In this document: positions 36,176-45,130 of the stretch, one piece after another
How positions within the stretch are numbered: the stretch's first letter is position 1
How the letters are laid out: each line of letters begins with the position of its first letter
IMG/VR virus record: IMGVR_UViG_3300037470_000793
Span: 1 to 50,209 of that record
DNA length: 50,209 nt
Direction: 5' to 3' (one strand)
Origin: a virus
Lineage: Duplodnaviria; Caudoviricetes
Program-made: the position numbers and the translations under genes
Notes under the pieces: generated by a model
Databases searched by the model: none
What the model saw: the letters and a program-made list of their open reading frames with translations, nothing else
What the model was told of the DNA's origin: nothing

Positions 36176-37084
36176 CTACGTAACTGCGAGCGTTGCGCGA
36201 GCCGACCACGGGCCAACCCCGATGAGGTTGGCGTCGGTGACCGCCTCTTCGCCGGACGATACCTGCCCGGGGTACCGCTTCCGCGCGTACAGCGCGACAG
36301 TGGTGCCGGCGATGTCCGCGTTGGTGTAGGCCGGGTCCAGGATGTCGGTTCCTTCGTCGACCGAGAAAAACGCCAGGAGGCGCCTGTCCTCGTCCGTGTC
36401 ATCGGTGTCTCGCTCCCACACCTGGACTTCGAACCCGGCGAGCCCTGCGGCTCCACCGGTGATGTCGTCAGCGTGGAGGTCGATGTCGATGGTTCCGCCG
36501 GCGCCGCCATCGATGATGCCGATGGTGCCCGCGGCGGGGCCCGCCGCTGCGCCGATGGTCGGAGGCCCGACAGCCTCGGTGACGGTCTCGCCGTCGACGG
36601 TCACGCCGCGGCCGGAACCCAGACCGAACCCATCATCGCCGACCTCAGTTGCACGGCCGTCGAAGTTGGTGTAGTCGTAGGTGCCGAGCCCAGCGCCCTC
36701 GTTTGCGACGCCCTTGGTGCGACCGAACCGGTCCTTGCCCGTGCTGGATGCGCGACCCGTGGCGTCGATGGGCGCCCCAGGAGTCGAGCCACCCTCCACC
36801 CCTGCGCCGGTGTACGCCGTCCTGCCCGTAGGCCGGGTGTTCGACGTAGCGACGCCGGAGGTGTCGTAGGTGTCCGACTCGCGGTAGCCCGTCGAGTCTT
36901 CCACACCGCCGGCGGAGTCGCCAGTGGCGTGTGTTGGAGTCGCCGGGCCCTCGATGACAGCGTCGCCGCCGATGATGGGCCCGCGGTACGTACCCGCGAA
37001 CATCGCACCCTTGAGCCCACGCTTGGGCCCGCCCTTGAGAGCACGGGTGCCGGGGGTGAGGTCTGTCAGAACGACGACAGCCAT
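36176..37084 (-). CDS. Gly/Thr-rich virion protein (possible capsid decoration)
   Basis: Follows the capsid genes; low-complexity N-half, beta C-domain. Confidence 0.7.
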   Translation of the reverse strand: MAVVVLTDLTPGTRALKGGPKRGLKGAMFAGTYRGPIIGGDAVIEGPATPTHATGDSAGGVEDSTGYRESDTYDTSGVATSNTRPTGRTAYTGAGVEGGSTPGAPIDATGRASSTGKDRFGRTKGVANEGAGLGTYDYTNFDGRATEVGDDGFGLGSGRGVTVDGETVTEAVGPPTIGAAAGPAAGTIGIIDGGAGGTIDIDLHADDITGGAAGLAGFEVQVWERDTDDTDEDRRLLAFFSVDEGTDILDPAYTNADIAGTTVALYARKRYPGQVSSGEEAVTDANLIGVGPWSARATLAVT

Positions 37085-37085
37085 G

Positions 37086-37430
37086 CTACACCTCCACGAT
37101 GAAGCTGCCCGTGTAGGTCAGCGCGTTGCCGCCTGATGCCACGACAACGGACACGGGCGACTTCGCGATGACGCCGTTGTACACCAGGGCCGGGTCGGCC
37201 TCGCCGGTGGGCTTGTAGAACGGGCCCTCGGAGATGTCAACTGCGTCGGCCACGTAGACGTCCCGGCCGCGGTCATCGGTGAGCGTGAACACGACGGCCG
37301 CCTCAACCGAGGCCGAGTCGTCGATGACCAGCTCCATGATGCGACCGAAGGCCGCACCCAGACCGACCACCTTGGTTCCGTCGCCGCCGGCGTCCGTGGT
37401 GACGGTGAACGAGCGTTTCTTGTATGCCAT
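37086..37430 (-). CDS. Virion structural protein
   Basis: Beta-rich; downstream of the MCP. Confidence 0.7.
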   Translation of the reverse strand: MAYKKRSFTVTTDAGGDGTKVVGLGAAFGRIMELVIDDSASVEAAVVFTLTDDRGRDVYVADAVDISEGPFYKPTGEADPALVYNGVIAKSPVSVVVASGGNALTYTGSFIVEV

Positions 37431-37433
37431 GAG

Positions 37434-37814
37434 CTATGCCTCCGAGGCAGCCGATGGTGTTTCCGGCCCAGCCTCTCGCTCGTACGCTTCCCGCACGCTC
37501 TGTGCAGGAGCAGGGTACCCCAGGAGAACCGTCTTCCGAGCCTTCCCGAGGGTCTCGGCGAGTAGGTACACCTGTAGGTCCGATGGACTCAGGTTCTCGA
37601 GGAGCTGACGCGCCAGGTTCGCTGGACGGTCGAGCTCCGCCTGTGCCTTCTCGACGCGAGCCTTCACGGACACGTTGACGCCGCGACCACGGTCGGCCCG
37701 CCTGTTGGCGGCTTCCATGGCCTCGAGCATGCGCGCCTCGCGAGCGGCGTTCACGCGGGTGAGTCGCCCCTTCTCGGGCACCTCAACCGTTGCCGTCGAC
37801 GTGATGGTCTTCAT
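37434..37814 (-). CDS. Hypothetical protein
   Basis: GGAGG RBS; immediately after the MCP. Confidence 0.7.
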   Translation of the reverse strand: MKTITSTATVEVPEKGRLTRVNAAREARMLEAMEAANRRADRGRGVNVSVKARVEKAQAELDRPANLARQLLENLSPSDLQVYLLAETLGKARKTVLLGYPAPAQSVREAYEREAGPETPSAASEA

Positions 37815-37923
37815 GCGATTCCTCCCTGGGGCTTACAGATGGGGGTAGCGAGGGGCGCGCGACCAGTGCCTTGTCTCGCCTTTACCGGCCGAAGCGACCC
37901 CCATCCGCAGTGTTGGTCCAGAC

Positions 37924-38868
37924 CTAGACGACGATGGACGTCGCGTAGGCGTGCGAACGCCGGCTGTCGGTGAGGAGCTGCCCCATCGACAGAACGAGCG
38001 CGACCTTCGCGTCCTGGTTCGCCGGGCGCACGAAGTCCGTGGGGCTGACCCACGCCTCCGGGTGCTGGACGAACTCGAGGCGGTCGCTGTTCAGCATGTA
38101 CAGGGACGCCGAGGGGCAGTCCAGGTCCATGATGAGCTCGGCCGTCTTGTGCGCGATGGTCTCGAACCCGAGGTCCGCGGCCTTGAGGTTCTGGAAGCGG
38201 ATGTTCGGAACCGCCAGTGCCTCGTACGCCTCGAACACGGCCTGAGTCGTGAACTCGACGTCAACCTTCGAGCGGTTCAGACGAACCGTGTTGAAGAGGT
38301 TGTTGAGGGTGGTGATTCCGTCGAACGTGGTCAGGTCGACCGCAGCCGACGTCGGCGACTTCCAGAACGTGTACGTGGTCGGGTCGATGCCCGCCACAAT
38401 CCCGGACGCCTTCACCAGCAGTGGAACGCTGTTGAAGTCCTTGCCGCCGTTGCCGACCGACGCAGCCCACAGCATCGCGTTCATGTCGTCCGCGATGGAC
38501 AGCTTGAGCTGGTCGACCTTGGCCTCGAGCAGGTTGATGAGCGCAGCAGCGCCGCGGTTCTTCTTGACCTCCTCACCAGAGATGGTGACGGAGCCAGCGT
38601 GCTGACGCCACTCGTACTCGGCCCAGCCCAGACCTTCCTGGGGGGTCGTGTCGATGAGGTCGTAGCCGCTGTAGGAAGAAACCGTGTCGTTGAACGCGAT
38701 GAGCAGCGGGCGACGGATGACTGTGCCACCGTCGATGGTCACGCGGCTCTTCATGTTCAACCACGCCGTCAGCGCGTTCTCGTTCGAAATCTGGTCGCGC
38801 AGGACAGGGCGAACCTTGTCGAGCGTGGTGGTGACCAGAACGTCGAACTGGTCAGCGTAGATGGACAT
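37924..38868 (-). CDS. Major capsid protein (HK97 fold)
   Basis: TTTL...GG..I..PL...N....YSGYD.....QE....AEYEWRQ....VTISG.E...N.G...LINLL..K; follows the scaffold. Confidence 0.92.
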   Translation of the reverse strand: MSIYADQFDVLVTTTLDKVRPVLRDQISNENALTAWLNMKSRVTIDGGTVIRRPLLIAFNDTVSSYSGYDLIDTTPQEGLGWAEYEWRQHAGSVTISGEEVKKNRGAAALINLLEAKVDQLKLSIADDMNAMLWAASVGNGGKDFNSVPLLVKASGIVAGIDPTTYTFWKSPTSAAVDLTTFDGITTLNNLFNTVRLNRSKVDVEFTTQAVFEAYEALAVPNIRFQNLKAADLGFETIAHKTAELIMDLDCPSASLYMLNSDRLEFVQHPEAWVSPTDFVRPANQDAKVALVLSMGQLLTDSRRSHAYATSIVV

Positions 38869-38879
38869 TTCGTGGTCTC

Positions 38880-39827
38880 CTACTGGGTCTCGGAGCCCTC
38901 AGGAACGATACCCACGCGCCGCTTCACCGCCATCTTCCACGACAGGCCTGTTTCCTTCTGCGCGGCCTTCGCTGCTTCGCGAACGGCCTGGCGGATGGAC
39001 ATGCCCGGCGTGACAGCCGGTGGTTCGGCGGAGCTCGAGCGCGGCTTCACTGCCGCACCCTGCACTCGCTTCTCGGCCTCACGGCGAGCCGCGGCGGCGA
39101 GCCCCTCGACTTCCCGCTTCACGGGAGCCGAGAGCTTGAAGTACAGGTCCGCCGGGGAGGTGATGCTCTCTTCGCCGGCGTAGCGGAGCTGCTGTTCACG
39201 GGTGCCGGGGAGCTTGCCGTAGGTCTCCTCGAGCTCGTTGAGCTCGCGAGTCCACTTCGACTCCACGACGCGCCCGGTCTCAACGGTCCGCAGTTGTTGG
39301 ACCTGGTCTTCCAGAGCGAGCTGGTTCCTCGCCATCAGCAGCATCGAAGCCTTCATCGCTGGCGGTACCGAGAAGTCTTCGGGGTCGACGCCGAGAGCTG
39401 AGAGCAGCTCTTCGTCGGAGACCTCCGCGGACTCCTCAGCCGCCGGCGGTGCGGCTTCGGCCGGAGTGGCGAGTCGTTCCTGTAGCTTTTGGATGGTGCC
39501 GTCCTGTTGCTCGAAGTGCGCGAGGATTTCCGCGCGCTTCTCCACCGGAATACCGGTCAGGTCCACACCCCAGTAGGATTCGGGGACATCGGCTGTGGCG
39601 TTTTCGGCGCCCTCGGCTGCGTCCTCCGAAGCCTGGGTTGCTTGGGCCGTACTGGGCTCCGCGTCACCCTGAGCAGGGGTGTCGGCGGCAGAGTCATCGA
39701 GCTCGCCCAACGTCTCGTCGAGCTCCTCGAGGTCCTCTTCGTTGCTGAACTTCGATGCTTCCAGAGCAGCGGCGATGGCGGCGTTCATGTCGCCTGCGCC
39801 GGCGCCCTTGTTGATGGGCTCAGCCAT
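38880..39827 (-). CDS. Capsid scaffolding protein
   Basis: Acidic disordered N-terminus, coiled coil, basic C-terminus; directly upstream of the MCP; GGAGG RBS. Confidence 0.8.
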   Translation of the reverse strand: MAEPINKGAGAGDMNAAIAAALEASKFSNEEDLEELDETLGELDDSAADTPAQGDAEPSTAQATQASEDAAEGAENATADVPESYWGVDLTGIPVEKRAEILAHFEQQDGTIQKLQERLATPAEAAPPAAEESAEVSDEELLSALGVDPEDFSVPPAMKASMLLMARNQLALEDQVQQLRTVETGRVVESKWTRELNELEETYGKLPGTREQQLRYAGEESITSPADLYFKLSAPVKREVEGLAAAARREAEKRVQGAAVKPRSSSAEPPAVTPGMSIRQAVREAAKAAQKETGLSWKMAVKRRVGIVPEGSETQ

Positions 39828-39972
39828 CGGTGGTGCCTCCCATTCGTTGTACCCCTCGCCTCGGCGCGGATGCGCTGTACTAGGGCCTCGACATCGGGTG
39901 TGTCCGATTGTGCGGACATTCACGTTTTCCGTGAACGTGTGCACATTTGCGGACAAGATTACGGAAAGCGCT

Positions 39973-40248
39973 GAGGGCGGCGGGACTACTAAAGGCGCCG
40001 TGTGACCGCCCTCGCGCTCCGCTACAGGAAGCAGGTGTTTGGAGCAGCGGGACACCTGCGGAACCCGGAGCGGCGGTACGCGCGTCCACGCGCATCGCCT
40101 ATTTCGCCCCCGTGTGCACCTCAACGTCAGGGAGCGGGACGCTGCAATAGCCGGGAGGGGCGGCTGTACAACCGCTGCCCTCCCGCTCGCGCCGGGCGTC
40201 ACCCGGGAAAACCCGTGGCGAGACACGGGGAGGGCTGACTATGCCCTC
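39973..40248 (-). ncRNA. Candidate structured RNA between portal and scaffold genes
   Basis: Series of nested inverted repeats in a long intergenic gap (see findings). Confidence 0.4.
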
Positions 40249-40254
40249 GGTGAC

Positions 40255-42123
40255 CTATCTACGGCTTGCCGCTCCGGGCTGCGCCGACGCTCCGCGGAGG
40301 GAGCTCTTCGCATTCTCGAGCGACTGACCGTACTGGAACATGGCCTGCTGGCTGTTCTGAGCGAGCTGGTCCGCCTGAACCTCTTCCGGCGGCTTCACGA
40401 TTTCGCGGACGAGGTCCTCGTCGAGGCCTGCCTCACGCAACACCCACTGGAAGAGCGATGCGCGGTCGGTCTCCGGCATCGGGGCCAGCATGTTGCTGAC
40501 GAAGATGGCCCGCTGGAACCGCTCCTCACGCGTCATGTTCTCCTTCGGCGTGATGGAGAGCTCGATGTGCGCCTCGATGGCGATGTCCTCGTTCGTCCAC
40601 TTCCACTCGAACTCTTCGCCCGTGTCAGCGACGAACAGCATCATGCGCTCGCGGTTGTAGAACTTCTGCATGAGCTGCAGCGCGGTGCGCGCGATGTCGA
40701 TGTACCACTCCTCGAGCGAGGACCGGCGCTCAGCCTGACGCGCCTGGCCGGCGGTCGTGACGAGCTGCGCCTCGGTCGCGGTGGTGCGCTTCGATGGGAA
40801 GACGCCGCGGGTGACCTCGTTAGCGCCAGTGGCCTCTTCGATTTCGAGCTGGATGTTCTCCTGCAGCCCGTAGATTTCCTGCTGCACGGGCTTGATGTCG
40901 ATGTTGCCGAGCTCCTGGAACGAGTGGCTGTTCTCGAGGCCGACGTACGCCATCCACTCGTCGCTCTCGAGCGCCTGCCGCGCCTGCTGGCCGAGCGCGT
41001 CCTTCGGGCCGAAGACCTTCGGGATGACACGCAGACCGTGCGTCGCGATGTGCGAGCGGTACGCGTCGAGCTCCTCGAGCGACGGGAAGATGATGCGCAT
41101 GTCGCCGAGGCCCTCGAGGTTGTCGGGGTCGTCGCGGATGACGAGCGGCTTGAACGGGTTCCTGTCCTCGAGGTCCACGTTGAACATCAGCGGGTTCACG
41201 CGCTGGTGCAGGATGAGCGTCGTGCTGTTCTTCGGGAAGATGGTGACGAGGCCTGTCTCGAAGTCCCACAGCTCGACGACCGTCACACGCGCGTCATCGT
41301 TCGCGTCGTCGGAGCCAAGGCCTTCGACGTCCGCGTAGTCGATGCCGCCGCTCAGAGTGCTGTCACCCTCGAGCTCATCCAGCATGCGGGTGCCTTCGCG
41401 CTCACCGTATCGGTCGAGCACGAACTTCCGCCACTGGGGGTTGTTCTGCACCTCGGGCCCCGGCATCTTCGTGTACTGCGCGGTCCAGCGCACGTCTTCC
41501 TGTTGCTTCGCGCTGATGTCGTAGCGGATGTCCGAGTAGCGCACGTAGTCGACGCAGACCCGGTCGCGCAACACGATGGGAACCTCGCGCGTGAGCTCGA
41601 CGTACTCACCCATGTTCTCTTCGGTGACCGTGATGCCCTGCGCTTTCAGCTCCATGAGCTGCATCTTGAGCGCGTCTTCCGGCACGTCTTCTACTTCCAC
41701 GTCCTCGACGTAGTCGTAGTACACCTTCACCCAGCCGATGTCCGCGAGGAGCGCGTCCTTGATGGCCTTCTTGGCCCGGCGCTGCATCTTCGTGTCGGAC
41801 ATCGCCATGTTCAGCGCGCGAGAGGCCGCGATGGCCTGCGCCGGCGTGCCCCTGCCGATGCGCTTCGCGATGAACTCAACGTCGACCGCGGTCAGCGAAG
41901 AGAACATCGTGTCGATGGTACCGATGCCCTTCACGACGTTGACGCGGTGCCCGTCGTCGTCAACCTGCTCTTCGTTCGGCTCGTTCTCGTACCGAGCGAT
42001 GAACGCCTTGTACTCGGGCTCGCGCTTCTCGTAGTCCACGTCAGCCATCTTCAACCGACGCTGGTAGACCTTCAACATGCTCTCTTCGTCTTCGTACACG
42101 CGGAAGACGCTATTCTTCGCCAT
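40255..42123 (-). CDS. Portal protein (P22-like podoviral)
   Basis: 622 aa directly after TerL; GWVKVYYD, ATGANEVTRG...TTATEAQL. Confidence 0.9.
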   Translation of the reverse strand: MAKNSVFRVYEDEESMLKVYQRRLKMADVDYEKREPEYKAFIARYENEPNEEQVDDDGHRVNVVKGIGTIDTMFSSLTAVDVEFIAKRIGRGTPAQAIAASRALNMAMSDTKMQRRAKKAIKDALLADIGWVKVYYDYVEDVEVEDVPEDALKMQLMELKAQGITVTEENMGEYVELTREVPIVLRDRVCVDYVRYSDIRYDISAKQQEDVRWTAQYTKMPGPEVQNNPQWRKFVLDRYGEREGTRMLDELEGDSTLSGGIDYADVEGLGSDDANDDARVTVVELWDFETGLVTIFPKNSTTLILHQRVNPLMFNVDLEDRNPFKPLVIRDDPDNLEGLGDMRIIFPSLEELDAYRSHIATHGLRVIPKVFGPKDALGQQARQALESDEWMAYVGLENSHSFQELGNIDIKPVQQEIYGLQENIQLEIEEATGANEVTRGVFPSKRTTATEAQLVTTAGQARQAERRSSLEEWYIDIARTALQLMQKFYNRERMMLFVADTGEEFEWKWTNEDIAIEAHIELSITPKENMTREERFQRAIFVSNMLAPMPETDRASLFQWVLREAGLDEDLVREIVKPPEEVQADQLAQNSQQAMFQYGQSLENAKSSLRGASAQPGAASRR

Positions 42124-43570
42124 GTGCTACTCCCTCGACCACGAAGGTCGGCTTACGAACTCCGCCGCGGTGGCCGAGTAGTCGGCGCGGTGGCTTGAGA
42201 ACCTGCTGGAAGACGTGCCCGTAGGTGTCCGGGTTGTACTCCCTCGCTGCCTCAGGAAGGTCTTCCTTCGGCGCGAACGGAAGAAGAACGGTCGCAACGT
42301 ACCGCAGCGCATCCACGTAGTGCGATGTCCAGTCGTGGACGGGGTCCTTGTGGGCCTTGTTCCCGTCGGCGTCCGTCTTCCACTTGTGGGACGAGAGCGC
42401 CTGAGAGACGATTTCCGCTTCCTTCGACACGAACACGCGGTTGCCGGCCATCATGTTGTTGAGGATGCGGAGCGAGAAGTCCTGCGGCCGCTTCGGCACC
42501 GGACCGACAGGCACGCCCGCCGTGTTCAGGTCTGTGATGACGCTGGTGCCGGTGCTGGGGTTCCGCTGGATGCCGGCGGGGTCGCCGTAGTCGCCGGCGG
42601 TCTTCGCGCCGCCGAAGCGCTCACGCAGCCGGTCGTGGTAGGCCGCGGCCCAGTCCCGTGCGGTCCACTCCTTCTCGCCGATGGCGTCGAGGATGTTGGC
42701 GACCGCGAGGCGGATACGCGGGCCCTTGTACGTCTCGCCGGTGAGCTCTTGCTTGTCGACCCACTTCACCTGCAGGAAGATGCAAACTCCCAGGTCTCCG
42801 AACCCGAAGTCCCAGCCGGTGTAGAGCGGGAGCGCCGGGTCGTACTCGAGGTCGAGGCAGTTCTCCTGGGGGTTCCAGTAGGGGAAGACGCCGCCCTCGA
42901 CGAGGCCGACGAACTTGCCCTCGATTTCCTGCTCGGCCCAGCGGCCGTGGTAGTTCGCCTTGAGGTTGTCGACGTAGCCCTTCGGCAACGTGATGTTCTG
43001 CTCGGTCGGCGCGTTGTACCAGGTCGCGCCGGAGACCTTCGTCAGCGAGTCCTCGTGGAAGACCCGCCACATCCAGTCGTAGCCGTTCGGCGTCGACGAC
43101 GTGAAGCCGGCGATGCGGTAGCCCTGCTGCCGGAGCCGCGCGGTGAGGATGTTCCACGCCGCGTGGGTGCAGTTGCGGCCCTCCTCGATGAAGAACCAGG
43201 CGTACTCCGGGCCACGCATCCAGTCCGGCTTGTCGAGCGAACGGAGCCGGATGACGGTCCCGTTGATGAGCGTCAGCTCCTTGGTCGACTTCTTGTAGTC
43301 CTTCGACCAGTTGGCCAGGCCGGTCTTCTCGACCATGGCCTCGAGCTGCGGAAGGATGTTGTCGTTCAGGACGGGGTACGTGCTCGCCGCGATGACACCG
43401 CGCGGAGCGTGGTACTGCCCTGAGGGTTTCGGCTGCAGCGACAGGCGGAGCCCGCGCGCGATGCCGGCGAACGTCTTGCCGGAGCCGAGGCCGCCGATGA
43501 AGGCGGAGTACAGGTCGTCCCCCAGGACGAACTCTGTCTGTGCCCCAGGGTTCAGGTCGAGCTCAGCCAT
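42110..43570 (-). CDS. terL: Terminase large subunit
   Basis: Walker A GGLGSGKT, Walker B FFIEE, SSTPNG, RNase H GWDFGFGD, HDWTSHYVDALRY. Confidence 0.96.
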   Translation of the reverse strand: MAELDLNPGAQTEFVLGDDLYSAFIGGLGSGKTFAGIARGLRLSLQPKPSGQYHAPRGVIAASTYPVLNDNILPQLEAMVEKTGLANWSKDYKKSTKELTLINGTVIRLRSLDKPDWMRGPEYAWFFIEEGRNCTHAAWNILTARLRQQGYRIAGFTSSTPNGYDWMWRVFHEDSLTKVSGATWYNAPTEQNITLPKGYVDNLKANYHGRWAEQEIEGKFVGLVEGGVFPYWNPQENCLDLEYDPALPLYTGWDFGFGDLGVCIFLQVKWVDKQELTGETYKGPRIRLAVANILDAIGEKEWTARDWAAAYHDRLRERFGGAKTAGDYGDPAGIQRNPSTGTSVITDLNTAGVPVGPVPKRPQDFSLRILNNMMAGNRVFVSKEAEIVSQALSSHKWKTDADGNKAHKDPVHDWTSHYVDALRYVATVLLPFAPKEDLPEAAREYNPDTYGHVFQQVLKPPRRLLGHRGGVRKPTFVVEGVAHGEE

Positions 43571-43614
43571 CCTTTACATCTCCCTCCCGGAAGTCAAGCT
43601 TAGGGCTCGAACCT

Positions 43615-43776
43615 TTACTTCGCCTCGACGAAGATGCCGCCCTGCGGCAGGAGGTCCACGGGCATGTCGAAGAGTCGGTCGACCTCCATGCCCTTCTGGC
43701 GATGGCGCGACGTGCAGAGCGAGAAGCCCGCGGCGCCCCAGGCGGCCGACAGGCAGATGAGCAGGAAGAGCATCAT
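43615..43776 (-). CDS. Small protein with N-terminal hydrophobic segment (53 aa)
   Basis: MMLFLLICLSAAWGAAGFSLC... Confidence 0.55.
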   Translation of the reverse strand: MMLFLLICLSAAWGAAGFSLCTSRHRQKGMEVDRLFDMPVDLLPQGGIFVEAK

Positions 43777-43778
43777 GG

Positions 43779-43919
43779 CTAGAACCCCGGGTCCGCGTCG
43801 GGCACGAGCACCGCGTAGCGGTACGCGTACAGCCAGGCGCAGGAGGCGCAGTCGGCCGCGGCCGGAGCCGCAGCGGGGTCCTGGTCCGGGTGGTCGGTGC
43901 AGTGGACTCGTATGGACAT
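43779..43919 (-). CDS. Small Cys/His protein (46 aa)
   Basis: CTDH...CASC; TGATG coupling. Confidence 0.55.
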   Translation of the reverse strand: MSIRVHCTDHPDQDPAAAPAAADCASCAWLYAYRYAVLVPDADPGF

Positions 43920-44098
43920 CAGTCCCATCCCTCTCGAATCCGCTCCCGGCGGGCGAAGTCCTCGCCGTGGAGCCGGCCCTTGCGGAAGCGCTTCCGCTTC
44001 GCGTTGCCGTGCCAGTGGTATGTCGCCCGACGCCGCTCGCTGTACCAGCAGAGCCGGCCGCAGTGCGGAGTCCGGTGACGGGGTGGAGGTGGCCTCAC
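43919..44098 (-). CDS. Small Arg-rich protein (59 aa)
   Basis: GTGA overlap with the Pup stop; ...[14 protein letters not shown]... Confidence 0.6.
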   Translation of the reverse strand: MRPPPPRHRTPHCGRLCWYSERRRATYHWHGNAKRKRFRKGRLHGEDFARRERIREGWD

Positions 44099-44292
44099 TG
44101 CCCGCCCTTCTGGACGAAGCCCTTCACGAACTCCTCGGCGTTCTCCTCGAGGACGGCGTCGATGTCGTCCAGGATGTCGTCGAGGTCGCGGCGGAGCGCG
44201 TCAGACGAGCGCTTCGGCTGCTTCGACTCGTCCTGATGCACCTGCGTTGGCCGGTGAATCGAGGCCCGAGCCTTGTGGACGCGGCCCGTCAT
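44095..44292 (-). CDS. pup: Prokaryotic ubiquitin-like protein Pup (phage-encoded)
   Basis: C-terminal [30 protein letters not shown] closely matches the Pup consensus DDLLDEIDDVLEENAEDFVRAYVQKGGQ; 65 aa; G-rich RBS. Confidence 0.93.
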   Translation of the reverse strand: MTGRVHKARASIHRPTQVHQDESKQPKRSSDALRRDLDDILDDIDAVLEENAEEFVKGFVQKGGQ

Positions 44293-44539
44293 AGGGCTCC
44301 CCCCTCACGATGAGTGGCAGTACCCTGTCGGCCGCTTTCAGACCGTCGACGAGGCGCTGGTGGGTGGACCGGTGGTGCTTCGCCTCGGCCGTCTGTACGA
44401 GCTCGGTGAGGCTGTCGATGACGAGGGCCAGGAGCGCGCGCGTCGCGTGTTTGGTCGCTAACGCCGGTGTGGGACCGCCCTCAACAGCGCCGGGGCTTTC
44501 TCCCCCTCCCACGGGGGCTCCGGGGCCGCGAGTAGCCAC
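44201..44539 (-). CDS. Hypothetical protein overlapping the Pup 5' end
   Basis: Helical core [15 protein letters not shown]...; 92-nt overlap with pup. Confidence 0.5.
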   Translation of the reverse strand: MATRGPGAPVGGGESPGAVEGGPTPALATKHATRALLALVIDSLTELVQTAEAKHHRSTHQRLVDGLKAADRVLPLIVRGEPYDGPRPQGSGLDSPANAGASGRVEAAEALV

Positions 44540-44550
44540 TGCCCTTGCAT

Positions 44551-44877
44551 CTACCCGAACAGCTTGTCAGCCGTCGGGACGTCTTTCGTGTCTTCGGCGG
44601 CCTTGCCCTGAGGCGACGGCCGGCCGACGGAGTACTCGAGCGCCTTGATGGTCGCCTTGAGGCGGTCCGCCGGCGAGAGAGCCGCGAAGGACCCCCTGCC
44701 GAGCGCCGCGTCCAGGAGGGCGCCGGTCAGTTGGTCGGCGGCCGTCTCGAGCTTGCGGAGCGCCCGCTCTTCCGCCGGGAGCGCGGCCTTGGCGGCCCGG
44801 GCCTCCGCGGCCTTGGCCGAGGCCTCGCGCGCGAAGTTCGGGTCTGCGAAGGGCGGCGCTGGTCTGGTGTCGGCCAT
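44551..44877 (-). CDS. Putative terminase small subunit
   Basis: First gene of the late operon; PF...AREASAKAA N-terminus; helical, ...ALEYSVGRP. Confidence 0.55.
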   Translation of the reverse strand: MADTRPAPPFADPNFAREASAKAAEARAAKAALPAEERALRKLETAADQLTGALLDAALGRGSFAALSPADRLKATIKALEYSVGRPSPQGKAAEDTKDVPTADKLFG

Positions 44878-45130
44878 GGTGGCGCTCAAGGTGTCTCCCT
44901 GGTGCTTTCGGGGCCCCCCGGACCGTCCGCGGCGATGCAGTTCCGGTTGGATATACCACATCGGGTATATCGGCGGCCCTGGTCCGGCTCAGAGCCGGAC
45001 GGACGGGTGGCGGGGCGCGGGGGGCGGGGAGCTCGGCGATGGTTGCGGGAGTCGAAACACCCACAGACCCGAGCTCTGAAACCCCCAGGGGCGAAGGTCT
45101 CTGGACCTAGGTCCTTTGACGTAGCCCTCT

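Noticed and set aside
38880-40226. Extended 448-aa scaffold ORF from the track
   Set aside because: The first ~130 codons look non-coding and cover the structured gap; the ATG at 39827 has a GGAGG RBS.
45029-45076. tRNA suggested by a TTCGACTCCCGC T-loop-like sequence on the minus strand
   Set aside because: Folds as a single hairpin; no D or anticodon arms or cloverleaf.
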